A stretch of 64,000 nucleotides of DNA from Octopus bimaculoides. Its lineage: Eukaryota. The notes below the pieces were generated by a model. The model was not told where the DNA came from, did no database searches, and saw only the letters and a list, made by a program, of their open reading frames with translations. The DNA lies in contig NC_068981.1 of the NCBI RefSeq assembly GCF_001194135.2, forward strand, positions 139,504,432 to 139,568,431, written 5' to 3'. Made by a program: the position numbers and the translations under genes. The first letter of the stretch is position 1. Each line of letters starts with the position of its first letter. Positions 37,610 to 50,489 of the stretch are shown in pieces.

Positions 37610-39049
37610 CTCAAGCAAGAAAATAATGCTTGTTTCTGTACAGACGTTAATGCACTCTGGCAAAAACTAGGACACTTGCATGTGATTAACGAATGGAAAT
37701 TGTTTATAGACTTGAGTAAGGTTAGCAACAATGCTGTGTTGTCACATAATGGTAATGAAAAATCTTCCATTCTTGTGGGTCCTGTTGTTGGTATGAAAGA
37801 ATCTTATGAATCGATGGAACCCATTCTGAAAGGAGTTAATTACTCAGTTCATAAGTGGAATATCTGTGCAGATTTAAAGGTGATTTCCTTCCTCCTAGGA
37901 CTGCAACTGGGATATAACAAAAATATGTGCTTCTTCTGTGTTTAGAACAGTCGCGACGACAGCAATCATTACACTGTAAACGACTGGCCTAAAAGAGATG
38001 AGCGCATAGTTGGTCGGTACAATGTGCAGCATATGTCACTGGTAAGTCCGCAAAAGATCTTCCTTCCACCCCTTTATTCAAACCTGGCCTCATGAAAAAC
38101 TTCGTAAAAGCAATGACGCACGACGGTTGTGGCTTCCGGTACCTAAAAGTAAAATTTGGAGCAGAGAAAAGTAACACAAAACTGAAAGCAGGAATTTTCA
38201 CTGGACCCGAGATCAGAGAATTGATGTCTGATAGCAAATTCAGAGGTAAACTGAATCCAGTTGAGCTGACTGTATGGGATTCATTCGTGTTAGCTGTACA
38301 GAACTTTCGTGAAAATCACAGAACTGAAAACTATGCTGATTTAATAGCGTATGAAGAATGGGGTGCCGAATGTCCCTTAAAATGCACTTCTTGCATTCTC
38401 ATCTCGATTTTTTCTAACGAATCTTGGTGCCGTTAGTGATAAGCATGGTGGAACGAGGACATATCTGAGATGGAAGCGAGGTATGAAGGCCGGTTCAATC
38501 CAGACATGGTGGGTGATTAGTGCTGGTTCCTACAACGGGAAACCAACACGACGCATAAACGCAAGAGGAAGTGTCGCAAACATTTCTGCGCTGAGCATAT
38601 CAAAAATAAAGTGGGTTTTCCCTCAACATAAATAAACTACATACCATTATATTATATTATATTAGTATTTGCCTTGAACATGAATATACTATATACAGTA
38701 TTAATATACTATATGCAGTATAATAATTATTTACCTTGAACTTAACTGTCCCTGATACTAATATAGTATTAATATATAATTATGCGCATAGTATTAATAT
38801 ATGATTATGCGCATATAATTAATATATGATTATGCGCATATAATTATGCGCATAACTAATTTCAGATTCGGAATCAGCATACTCAATTTAGTTTACTACA
38901 GCACCATTTGTCTGGGTAGCAGACAGGTTTTTATTTTGTTGGTCGGTGTAAGTTGTCAATAACATATATTAACGAGAAGACAATACTTTTATGTTTTTAG
39001 ATTATAAACGTCCACAATCTTTACTATAACAGAGAATTTTGCATAAATA

Positions 39050-39420
39050 ATTAATACAAGTCACTAATACATGACAACAATAATGGTTGGTTTGACAGGA
39101 GGTCCGCCTGGACGTATGAGATCGACCTGAGTGAGAGTTCTTTTGAATTACTGCATGGTGATGATGGTTCCTGATTATACTTAGGTAAGGAAGTGCTTAC
39201 AGAAGCGAAATATTTTGGTGACGAAATGAGCAGTGTCGAGTGATTTGAGTAAACTGAGGAAGATGGGAATTGGTTCAGCGGAGTAGATTCTCCTATAGTG
39301 AAGACGGAAATAAAGGGAAGAGAACACGTTGTATATGTATAAGAAATGGATTTCCTAAAATTACAGTTTTCATGTTGAAATATATTTGCAAGAGTGAGGC
39401 CTAAGGTATTTTGCAGTACA
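39050..39420 (-). mobile_element. Probable Penelope-like reverse transcriptase remnant
   Basis: Minus frame LGLTLANIF resembles PLE GSPLGPTLANIF; FTIGE..NQFP resembles KFTxExE..LPFLD; YxDD not preserved. Confidence 0.4.
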
Positions 39421-39522
39421 CACAGGCACATTTAAGTATTTATACATATGTGTGTGCATGTATAAATGTATGTAAATATAGGGGTACATACATATGTACA
39501 TATATATATATATATATATATA

Positions 39523-39923
39523 NNNNNNNNNNNNNNNNNNNNNNNNNNNNNNNNNNNNNNNNNNNNNNNNNNNNNNNNNNNNNNNNNNNNNNNNNNNNNN
39601 NNNNNNNNNNNNNNNNNNNNNNNNNNNNNNNNNNNNNNNNNNNNNNNNNNNNNNNNNNNNNNNNNNNNNNNNNNNNNNNNNNNNNNNNNNNNNNNNNNNN
39701 NNNNNNNNNNNNNNNNNNNNNNNNNNNNNNNNNNNNNNNNNNNNNNNNNNNNNNNNNNNNNNNNNNNNNNNNNNNNNNNNNNNNNNNNNNNNNNNNNNNN
39801 NNNNNNNNNNNNNNNNNNNNNNNNNNNNNNNNNNNNNNNNNNNNNNNNNNNNNNNNNNNNNNNNNNNNNNNNNNNNNNNNNNNNNNNNNNNNNNNNNNNN
39901 NNNNNNNNNNNNNNNNNNNNNNN
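39523..39923. other. Assembly gap (N run) flanked by (TA)n
   Basis: Run of N. Confidence 1.
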
Positions 39924-40450
39924 ATATATATATATATATACACATATATATGTATGCATATGTAAGGAGACAGAGAAAGAAAGAGATCTATCGAATCTAT
40001 CGGTATCACATTTCGTATCGTCAAAGCCGAGTCTGTTTGTCGAAATCATTTCCTCGGTTGATTACCGCCTTGCTACTGCTTTACCATTACTAGAAATTTA
40101 AGAACCGAAAACTATCGAACTTTACATCGCAGACTTGGTTGCACCAAATTTATCGCCATTCTAAATCTCCTACGCGCGCGTACACACACACACATACTTG
40201 CATATTATTAATATACACACACACATATATGCGCATACATACAGCAATACATACTTGAGCACATGTTATTATACGAGAGATATCTATTATAAGAAATATT
40301 CATGTAATTTTCTGCATATTCAATGTTGGCTTCTAACAAAAGATTTAAAATGAACCCAAATTCCTGTTTCTACTGTCTTTATGCCTATTTCTATGCCATT
40401 AATAAAATCTAGAAACATCTAGTCACAACCGCTTCACACATACGCATGCT

Positions 40451-40532
<82 letters not shown>

Positions 40533-42629
40533 ACGCACATTTTTTATAGAATATTTTTTTCCTTTGTAGAGAAGAAAGAAAAAAATATTCTTTAGCTAGA
40601 TTGATTTTTTTTAAGGCTTTCCTGTGTTTCAGTTACAGTATAATCAATTAATTTTCAGCGACAGTTTTCCGTTCTTAGTTTTGAATAGTCTTATTTTATT
40701 CGTCTTGGTACACATAATGTCATTAAACTGCCGTTCGTTCGCTCCTGGACCAAACGTGACAGCGTAACGTTCTAAAGAAAAGAATGTGATAAGAACATTA
40801 AATACAATCATACATAGAATCACGCATCCCCATTCTCTCATTGCCCTTCTATCTCACGAAATTATACACACAATCTTAGGATTTGATGACATGGGTTTAA
40901 TTTTATTTACTGTAGTCTGTCCACGTGGTTTCCTAGTTTAATCTCTACTGCTTGTAGATTTGCTACTCAGAAACATTTTTACATGTTGTTATTGATGTAC
41001 GTATTTTTTCCCCTTTTTCTATTAACCGACTATGATGTTATATTTTTAATTAATTAACATCTAATAAAGAATCACAGTGAATTGATTTCACTGTGATTTG
41101 GGTGGTGGCTCTTTTAGTTTTACTTTTTAGTCACGTACTGAGGTATTTACAAGCTTTATTAATCTGCTTAGTATTGTCATAAAATAATTAAAAAATACTC
41201 TGTGCAAAACGTGAGATATATATTAATGTTAAAAGAAAATTTACATAGCGTCTTACATCGATATTAGCTGAGAAGATTAATATGAGATTTCATTTAATGC
41301 TTTCTTTCTGTTTATATAATTTTTGTGTTAAGATGAAACAATAGTAAAGTTTTGTTCCCAAAACAAGCAAACATTAAATATGGAAATATACTTATTTATT
41401 CAATGTACATCCGTCAGTTTGCTACATGATTTTAAAGCGAGTCATTTTGCTTATGGTGAATCTACTTTAATTTGAAACATCGTATCTATGTTCAGAGAAA
41501 TGTTATGTAGGTTAATTTCCACAGTTCTCTCAGATATTTTGATTTATATGACCAGGCAACAAACATAGATTTAGGATTAATAGGATAAAATGAATAAATG
41601 AACCTTGGTCAGGATTTCTGCAAGTAAGTTTCAGTTGTTCGATCATAGTATAAGCGTGTACGTGTATCGTTAGCATAATTCGCAGGCGGAATCAACATAA
41701 CATAATTTGATAAGGCTGGACTTTTGAATTACAGTGCTTCACACAATTTCCGTTTTTCCAGTTTCACTCATAAGACTTAGGTCGGGTGGAGGTGCTTGCT
41801 CAACATTTCATGCAGTTGTAGCGAACTCTTGATGGTGTAAATGAGAAGCATAAACAATGCCCACCCCACTCAGTGCCATCCTTTTTGTCAGGTAAATCAT
41901 GAAAATCTAATGACTGATATTCGGTTACAGCATATTAAAACGCTCATTAATAACGATATATTAAATATCTGCTATATAAACTATATATTTACATTTAATG
42001 ACACCTAAATAAAAAAATTATATCGGGGAAAATGTGTTTTATAAGGAAATTTATGTATATTATTTTAATGTCAAACCGATCATTAATATGTCAGACTTGC
42101 TTATAAGTTTATAATTCTTTTCTGAATTATGAAACACAAGCTCTTACTATCTTGACAAAAGTAGAAGTTAAAATAAATCTTGAATTCTAAAACATGCTTT
42201 AGATTATAATACACTGTGTAAAATATTTGATTAAAACGCATTTAAAATACGATATATTGTGGTTAGGTAGTTTGTCTTATATAATTATATGAATAAGATA
42301 AATCAAGAATTCTAGTTGTCTCAACCAGTAGTATGTAGTTGCAAGTGCCAATCTCATATCATACAAGAAGCAAGGGCGATAAAATGGAACTGGATATATA
42401 GTAACTATGACCCCCACCGAACTACTGAATCATGAGAGGTACAATCGTAATATATGGCACGTGTTGGACACCTTTAAAACCTCGTGAAACCCATCACCCT
42501 CAGTAACCAGACACGGCCAACTTATTTCAGAGGGCAAGAGTGGGAGAAAATTTGAAAAGAAGAATCAATTTCAACGCTGGACTGGTACATTATTTATCGT
42601 CGTCGAAGCTGCTCTCGACTGAGTTTAAA

Positions 42630-42881
42630 TATAAAATACGTACGAGCGTACGAACGGCGGCGGTGAGTGTAGACAGACCGGGCGTCTGTCCGTTCCGTCC
42701 GTCCGTTCGATCGATCGATCATTTCCTGCTGCTGCAGCTGTCGTGCTCCGTAGCGTTGTGTCGGCCGCGCGAATCGGGGCGGGCGGTGCGCGGCCGTCGC
42801 AGCGCTTCGCAACGATGACGGTCTGCAGCAGCGGCGGATGGCTGCTGAAATGAATATCGCAAAGCATTCTACCTGACCTCA
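42630..42881. other. GC/CpG-rich, strongly self-complementary island of unknown origin
   Basis: Hairpins at 42639-42652, 42672-42690 and a long stem-loop at 42728-42832, in otherwise AT-rich DNA. Confidence 0.8.
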
Positions 42882-42987
42882 TAACGACTTTGAAAATCGC
42901 CTACAATAATAATATAGAGAGCCTGATGCAATTCTTTTATACTAATACTCAACAATTTCACATAATTCTCCTCTAAGAATACGTCCG

Positions 42988-43320
42988 ACAAAAATCATGG
43001 TACTAAATATAAATGTTTTGCTTCATCCTCCTTACTCTCCCGAAGTTGCTCCCTCTGACGATCACCTTTTCAGATTTTTGCAATATTATGTAAAGGTAAA
43101 ACAGTTTATTGATAGTGAAGAGATTAAAAATGGTATATAGTGTTTCTTTGCTTCAAAACCTGCAGAATTTCACGCCCGAGGGATCAATAGTTTGCTGAAC
43201 ATATGGGATTATCTTAGGTATAGTGAGAGGAAATATCTTGATTAATTAAGACCAAAGAAACATTTACTTCTCTTCTATCTCTATCTTGAAATGCGACGAG
43301 ATTTTCTTTCCAACTTGAAA
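42988..43320 (+). mobile_element. mariner (DD34D-type) transposase C-terminal remnant and 3' end
   Basis: TKIMVLNINVLLHPPYSPEVAPSDDHLFRFLQ..FFASKPAEFHARGINSL..W; matches the HPPYSPDLAPSD motif. Confidence 0.85.
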
Positions 43321-43632
43321 GAAAACTTTATAACAGTAAGCGTGAAAACTTAGTGTATTAAAAACGCTCATTGAGATTAATTACTCCGAGTCGCCAATCA
43401 CACGACCTTCATCCCAAAAGACAAAACGAAGTAAGTTGTGTTGAATTTGATGTAGTGTATACTAAATGCATAATGAAAATACACATTCAGCGATGAAATT
43501 AAACATTGTGTTTCCTTGAAGAGGTCTAATATAATCGAAAAGAGTCGGTAGTTTTCTCCTCTAATTGTAGAAATGATCAATATATTATTAATCAATGAGG
43601 TAATGTTTTCTCTCACTACATACGTTCGACTC

Positions 43633-43681
<49 letters not shown>

Positions 43682-43991
43682 TGTTCACTATTTTAAATAT
43701 GTTAACACTAACTCAACAAATATTTTGTGAATTTATCTACTCACTAGTCTAATCAGTCATCACGAGCAAGTAATATATAATACGAAGGTGAGACGGATCA
43801 TTGTTCGCATGATAGTTTCCCGTAACATCTCATCGTTTCCTGTTATAACATCTAGTATATTTTCAAATTTTAGGCCACCAGTTTTGCTCCCCTAGCCACA
43901 ACATTTACCTCTTCTCAGTCGATGACTCAACGAACTTAAAATCAGGAAAATCGTCAAATGTTTAATCCAAAAAATTCTTCTGTGTAAAGAA

Positions 43992-45238
43992 CAGTGGGGG
44001 CAGAGAGAACGAACGTTTTTGAAACGGCTATTACTAAAACACAGTGAAAGGGACGTATGTCTGACAGGTACCGTTCCATCCGTGGTGTCTTAGCATTTTT
44101 GTTCTTTTTAGATGAAACCATGGTGCTGTGAGGGGATAGAGCAATGCCTGTTTGCCTACGACAGTTACGTGAAGAATAACAAATCTCTCACAACGGTTCA
44201 GCGTGAGTTTCGGTGCCACTTCAACATTCATCGAAATCAGGCTCTTCCCACCCGTACCACAATATTAGTTTGGGTGAATGCACTTCGTACTCGAGGTACA
44301 CCAATGGATAGGAGACTGTTGGGGGCGCCACAAACTGTACGGACCCCGGAAAATGTGGAACGCGTCAGACGAGCTTTGACACAGAGTCGAAGGCATCCCA
44401 CTGAACTTGGCATCACTAATAGATCGGTAAGGTGTATTTTGCACGAAGACCTGCATTTTCACCCGTATAAATTGATCATTGGGATTCAGTTGAAACCATG
44501 GGACTATGCACAGCGGCTTAACTTCGCACGTTAGTTAGAAGCAATTCTTTTCAGGCAAATGACAACATTTATTAATGAGTCATGAAGCTCATTTTCATCT
44601 CAGTGGCATGGTTAATCAACAAAACTGTCTTTATTAAGCTCTTGAAAATCAGAAAGACCACTGTAGAGCTCAAAAGTGACGGTCTGGTGTGCTGTCGGAA
44701 AAACCGCTGCCATTGGTCCTTACGTTTTTGAAAACAATAATGGAAATGCTGTTACTGTGAACTCTGAGCGTTACATTGAGATGATAAACAACTTATTTGT
44801 GCCTGAATTACGACTAAAACGTGTGCCTATTCGACGTGTGTGGTTTCAGCAGGATGGGGCGACGGCCCACACAACCAAAGCATCAATGGACGTTGTTCGC
44901 CCTCGCTTCGGTGACCAAATCTCCTGATTTGGCCATATGTGATTCTCTCTTGTGTGGAAACCTCAAGGCACGTCTGTATGCGTATAAGTTCCGTACATTG
45001 GACGATTTGAAGGAAGCTATTCGCGTGGAAGTCGTCCAAATCGACAGAGCAATGCTGGAGAGAGTGGAGGCCAGCTTCCAAGAACACCTTAAGAAATGCA
45101 TCAATGAAGATGGACGCCATTGATTTTGACAAATGCTAATTCAATACAAATACATTGATGTCAATAAAATCTGTTTGCAGCTAAAATTAATGATTTTGTG
45201 AATTTTTCAAAAACGTCCATCCTCTCTGCTCCACCCAG
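43992..45238 (+). mobile_element. rosa/DD41D-like Tc1/mariner element, near full length, decayed
   Basis: About 30-bp TIRs (CAG.G.GGGGCAGAGAG..CGTTTTTGAAA), TA after right end; YDSYVKNN..QREFR, RTPENVERVR, HPYK, VTVWCAVG, WFQQDGATAHT, SPDLAICD; a deletion prevents counting the D-D spacing. Confidence 0.85.
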
Positions 45239-47493
45239 TATGACTATATGCCTCAGTTCCCTTTCTTTTCCTCACTTTGCGTTCCACCCTCACATGCAAT
45301 CATATCTTCCTTTCTGCTCCTTACATGTTTCAGATCTCGGCGTTGTGTAAACGCCACATGTGTGCTTATAGGCATGCATGAGTGCATCTGCTCCTGCGTA
45401 CATATGTTTGCGTATGTTGTGCAACAATATGCATCTATAATCTATAGTACTGTAAAATATTCGGCCACCTTATTTTCTAGATAGAGGTTTTACACAAGGC
45501 TTTCTGCTCCTTCTAAAGTTCTTTCTCATGTACCTTTTCGAACCCTGACCTTGGTCTTGCTTAAATCTTTGGCCCTGTCTCTCTACCAATTTTTATTATT
45601 TTGAACAATTTCAACTTCTTCCTTTACTTCACACTTCAGCCACAGCGTTTCTCTTTGTCTTTCTGTTCGTTTATGATCTCATAAGTAGGTGTTACACGAT
45701 ATTTCACTGAGAAAATTAAAGAATCCAATAATGCAAAAACATATGAGGAGTTGTTAGAAACATTCACCAAGAGAATAGTTTCATGGTCTCATGACCATGC
45801 TTCTGCTAACCATAATCTGTTGAGATGGCACTTAAGTATAGAAAGGTCAAGAGAAAATTCATAGATAGGGCCGCCGTTGGAGAAAATGACAAGTAGAGTA
45901 TTGATATATGGAAGGAGAATGGGGGCTCAAAACTGAAAGCTTAACACCACGTTCTGCACACAAATCTTGGCTTCTTCCTCACACATCCCATTTTTTAACC
46001 ATCTCTTACTATCTATATTGGTCCAGCAAATCAACGTCTACATGATACACAACATTTTCCCGTAATAATAATAATTCTCATAATCTTAACTTGCAGTCAA
46101 AGCGAAAAAAGTCAAACATTCTCTGACCTTCTCCTTGTATGTCTGTCTAATTCGTTCTCTGCTTTCATAAATCGAGCATAAAGAGGAAGGCCCCGAAACA
46201 TAAGACACTCAATAACTGAACGAACCAAACTTTTCTCCAAACTCATATATTGGTAAAAATACAGCCTAAAATATAGCTGATGTAAAGAAAGGTGGGTGCT
46301 ATTTGAACATGAAAAGACAGCCACAGATGTAACACATTTTTTTTTGACAGGAAAAGAATAATCGTCACTTACACCGACAGACCGCCACGTGATAAATTCA
46401 CCTACTAGGGCGGTCTAATGTAAATAAGTAACATAACAAAACGAAAATATAAAACCAGTTTCTTTTTGTTTTTAGATTGAAAGTGTTTTTTTCTTGTCTA
46501 CAGCTTGCGTTAATTCTTATGATTTGACATGAAATTTTTATGAAGTAAGATTTTCGTGTAGAAAGCATCACTTTTATTTGCAAAAAGAAAAGTTAAATAT
46601 TCAAACTTTTCGAGAAATAGCTGCATATTTGGAAAAAGTTTCCTTCAACCGCTATTACGTTCTCTTTCTCTCTATATACACACACGCACACGCACACACA
46701 TTCAGCCCGAAAAAAAGTATATGTAATTACATACATACATACATACATACATACATGCATACAGGTAGAATCAAAAGTTTCTATAGAAAATCAGAAGAGA
46801 AAGAAAATCGTTCTTTACAGTCAAAGCTGAATGTTATTATTAATATAGTCTACTGGCAAAGTTAGGGGTACCTTAGGTTTCGAAATCCATATTTGTTGAT
46901 ACTTATTTTATTTCTTCGTTTGTTATAAATCTATCATGACTTCCAATTAAGATACTGATATTAACTCGAGATCACATTGTTGCTATCATGTTAAACTGTC
47001 ATATGTCCAAATTTGGCCAAATGCGTTTTTTCAATATATAATTTGCTTGCAATAGCGGTTCATTTGATCAAACTATCGTATCTACAAGTCCTTCAGATGC
47101 CAAGATGTGAAAATTGTCAAAGTGTAGTACAACGGTTTAGCATTTTTCAAAAGTGTACCAAGTCCCACATACGACAGTTTTTCAAAAATATTTTTGACTG
47201 AAAATATCATGCATGCAAGGAGTTACGATTTTATGCACCCAACAAAGTATTATTGTTAAGATGAAACTGTCGCTAATGTAAAAAGAAATGGAATGGTGAA
47301 ACTATCTTTTTGTTTTCTGAAAAAGCAAAGTTTTGGACTTACGACACTTTTGTATAATAATAACAATATGATTCAAAGTGCCAGAATTGATCAAGGGGCA
47401 CGACTCCTGTTATATCTAGATGAAAACGTCTTATTAAAATGTTAGTTTATAGATTTTTTGGGCTGGTTAGTTGTCCTATGCTTGTTTCTTTAT

Positions 47494-47538
<45 letters not shown>

Positions 47539-47851
47539 GCGTGTTGGTGCAGTTAGTATGCATGCTTTGTATATGTGCCAAGTCTGTTATTGTTACATAT
47601 CAATTTGTAGATTGTTATGGGTAGAGGTTGATGTGTGATGTGTGCGTGTGTATGTGTGTATGCGTAAAATTAATTTATGATGCTGATTAAGGTGTGTATA
47701 TATTGGCGGATGTTGAAGTTGTGTGGTTATTCTACTATATTTTCCTGCAGATAGGAAGTGGCACCATATTATAAGCATCCTCTGAAGAGCTCACACTTAT
47801 TGTTCAAACATACTGTATATTGTTAATCTCTGTAATATCTGGAAGTTCTGA

Positions 47852-48067
47852 AGCTGGCAGAATCGTTAGCATACCAGGAGAAATACTTAGCGGTATTTTG
47901 TCTGTCTTCACGTTCCAGTTCAAGTTCCACTGAGGTCGAGTTTGCCTTTCATCCTTCGGGGCCCATAAATTAAGTACCAATTGCGTACTGGTATGCAACT
48001 GATGCTTAATCTAATCGACTGGCCCCTCCTCCAAAATTTCGGGCCTTGTGCTTAGAGTGGAAAAGAA
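47852..48067 (+). mobile_element. tRNA-SINE family A
   Basis: AGCTGGCAGAATCGTTAGCA head; GGGCCTTGTGC..AAAAGAAT tail. Confidence 0.85.
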
Positions 48068-48849
48068 TATCTGACAGTTCTCAGTTAGACAAAAAGCACA
48101 TATTTTTGTTCTTCTGATATACACGCTGGACCTATATGGTATTCCTTTTTCTCTTAATTTCCAGACTCGCTTCGCAAGTGCCATTGTTTTCCTGTTTTCT
48201 GAGTATTATCGTTGATTTAAACAGTCGGGTCCCTTGCCCACATACTTTTCTACGCTCTCTGTTTAGCTGGTTTCAACTGGTGTAATGATGACCTCCAGCA
48301 CTATAGATGTCTCTTTACATACTTGTTGTAGCGGGCACACTAACTATACAAGCACATACACATACAGCATAAACAAACAACCACAGGACAACTAGCTAAA
48401 TCACCAAATTACACATCTATAAACTGCCAATATTTTAATTAAAAAGAAAATCACTCAAATATAGCCGGAGTTATATCCCCTGGTTAATTCTGTTGCAAGG
48501 AATCACGTGATCTCAAGTTAACATCTATATCCTCTTTGGGTTTGATGAGAAACCCATAAGAAACGACGGCAATGTGTCTTGTGAGAGTCATTATTCATAA
48601 ATACAAGGTTCGAAAGGCATTCAGTATATTTCTCTTTTCAAATCAATTAAGAGGTTGCAAATTCTTTTGTACACAAGGTGCGGATGGAATTGGATGACTC
48701 TTATGGAAACACTTCAATCGTATCGAGGAGGAAATAAAAACATCTTAAATGCTCAGATATTATTATGACACCGCGATTTATCGTACGGGTTCAAAACGTT
48801 GTCTATGCTGATCCTGGAAAAGTCAACGAGGCTCATCACCAAAGTACTT

Positions 48850-49430
48850 CATGTGTCACACTGGCCTATCAGAACTGTGGTGTACGAGGGCAAACTATAA
48901 AGGACATATAGACAGAAGAGAGGCCAATTCCCGTCTGGAAAAATACAAAAACACTATCTGATCATTGCCAAGTGGTAACATAACAAGATTAAAACGTATG
49001 GTATGCTTTTGTTCTTTGCTGATGGGAAAACCTTCATCAACACCAAAGGTCTACCAGGTGAAATGAAAGAATAGTCATGTGCAAATCATTTTCTGATATT
49101 CACAGAGTGGTGCACACTATGTTTCTAACGATTGTGATAGTTTTAGGAGTGGTGAGTAACAAAGATCATGGCATACCACCTGACATCTTACAGATTCTCA
49201 AAATTAATGCCGCCGATTACGTGAGATGTGCCGAAGGCCGCTGTTAAGCACTGGACTGATGAAGCACTTCAAAAAGGCCATACAGGTTTCAACAATATTC
49301 AGTTTCTTCACGTAAAGTCCATATTACCAAAGAATAGATGTCAGGCGATGTTTACGATCATGTAACACCAAACATGTCGCCTCCAAATCCTTCAGATTTA
49401 AATCCCATTGACACGATATTGAAAGGGAGA
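48850..49430 (+). mobile_element. maT (DD37D)-like transposase remnant
   Basis: Frame-broken motifs FFADGK, IVLGVVSNKDHGIPP, LKINAADY, VKHWTD, FQQYS, HVTPNMSPPNPSDLNPID. Confidence 0.65.
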
Positions 49431-49629
49431 CTAATAGACATCGGGGAATCGCCATTAGGCTTCGCTACAGAACCCCGTACAATGGAGACAAGTATAGTTT
49501 GAACACACAAAAACACACATTTGGCATCGTCATTTTCATGCCCAAATAAATAGTGATGCGACCGCCGAAAAACAAAATAACGTTATGTCCCTATTCCACG
49601 AGCTGAGGTTGAAACCGTTTCTAGTTGGT

Positions 49630-50460
49630 CAGGGTATTGGTATTTCCTTTGTCCTGTCAACAAGCACAGTTATTTGTAGCATAGGAGTGTGATCTCTGAC
49701 CCTTTCCGGTCATCGAAAGTTCAGAAAAACAAGTAGGAACTGTACTAAACTGACCCAGCTTTGGAGGGGGTATCGTAGCACCGTGAGCTACGGTGTCTGA
49801 TATAAATACGAGAGCATAGATTTGGGAATCGCAGTTGGTGTAAACGGAGTTGGCGTAAACACAGCAGCCAGTGAAGATGGACCGAGCAGTTGGTGTAAAC
49901 AAAATCATTGGATGAAGAACGCGAACCGGTGTGAAGGCCAGCAGCCAGTGGAGAAGCAAGATGAACAGAGAGACTGACAGACAGAGGCTGAGAGAGAGGC
50001 TATTGTCAGAAGGTACCAGTCAGCAGAAATGGATAGAGACAGAGAGAGAGAGGGACAGAGAGATGGAACTGTTGTGGCAGGCAAAAGATTGTAGTAGACT
50101 ACGTCGGTCAGTTCTTATCGAAGTGGTGGGAGATTTGAAGGAAAGGAAATTCTTGCGGTGAAGGTTTGTTTGTATTTCTTTAAAGAAAAGTGTACTTGCG
50201 TTGTTATATATTTTTGTGAAGAACTTTTGTTAACTGTAATGTTAACTGGCAGAAAAGAAAAGAGAGAACTTTGTTGTTACATGTTGTTAAAAGAAAAGAA
50301 AAGCAAAAGAAGCAAAAATAACTTTTAATTGACTTTTGTGACACGAACTTTGATTGTAAACTTTATGATTATGTGAAATGATTGTAGACTTTGTAATTGT
50401 TCTGAAACTTTGTTAAATGCTTGGAAACTATTGTTACATGTGTTACTTGAGAAGCAAGTA
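49630..50460 (+). repeat. Unclassified LTR-like segment
   Basis: GATATAAATA box near 49800, internal direct repeats (GCAGTTGGTGTAAAC x2, CAGCAGCCAGTG x2), GA-rich then T-rich halves; TG..CA ends and TSD not found. Confidence 0.3.
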
Positions 50461-50489
50461 CTATGTTATTGAATTATTGTTATGCAATG

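Larger units (their letters stand above)
35618..38610 (+). pseudogene. Chapaev3-like transposase pseudogene, interrupted
   Basis: MNRRGCVNHPDNVCY..YFGCKVRDQDKRWAPHICC; FNEEDLNDLVRDLALSK; WKLFIDLSK..VLSHNGN; WNICADLKVI..LGLQLGY; GLMKNFVKAM; GIFTGPEIRELM; GAVSDKHG..RYEGRF. Stops, frameshifts and two insertions. Confidence 0.9.
35216..38948 (+). mobile_element. Chapaev3-like (CMC) DNA transposon, near full length, with two nested insertions
   Basis: CAC..GTG termini flanked by TA; subterminal inverted block ACTAAAT(C/T)GAG(G/T)ATGCTGATTCCGAATC at 35256-35283 and 38865-38892; transposase motifs throughout. Confidence 0.85.

Noticed and set aside
45480-45930. Possible RTE-like LINE remnants
   Set aside because: Only vague motif resemblance across frameshifts; cannot be supported by eye.
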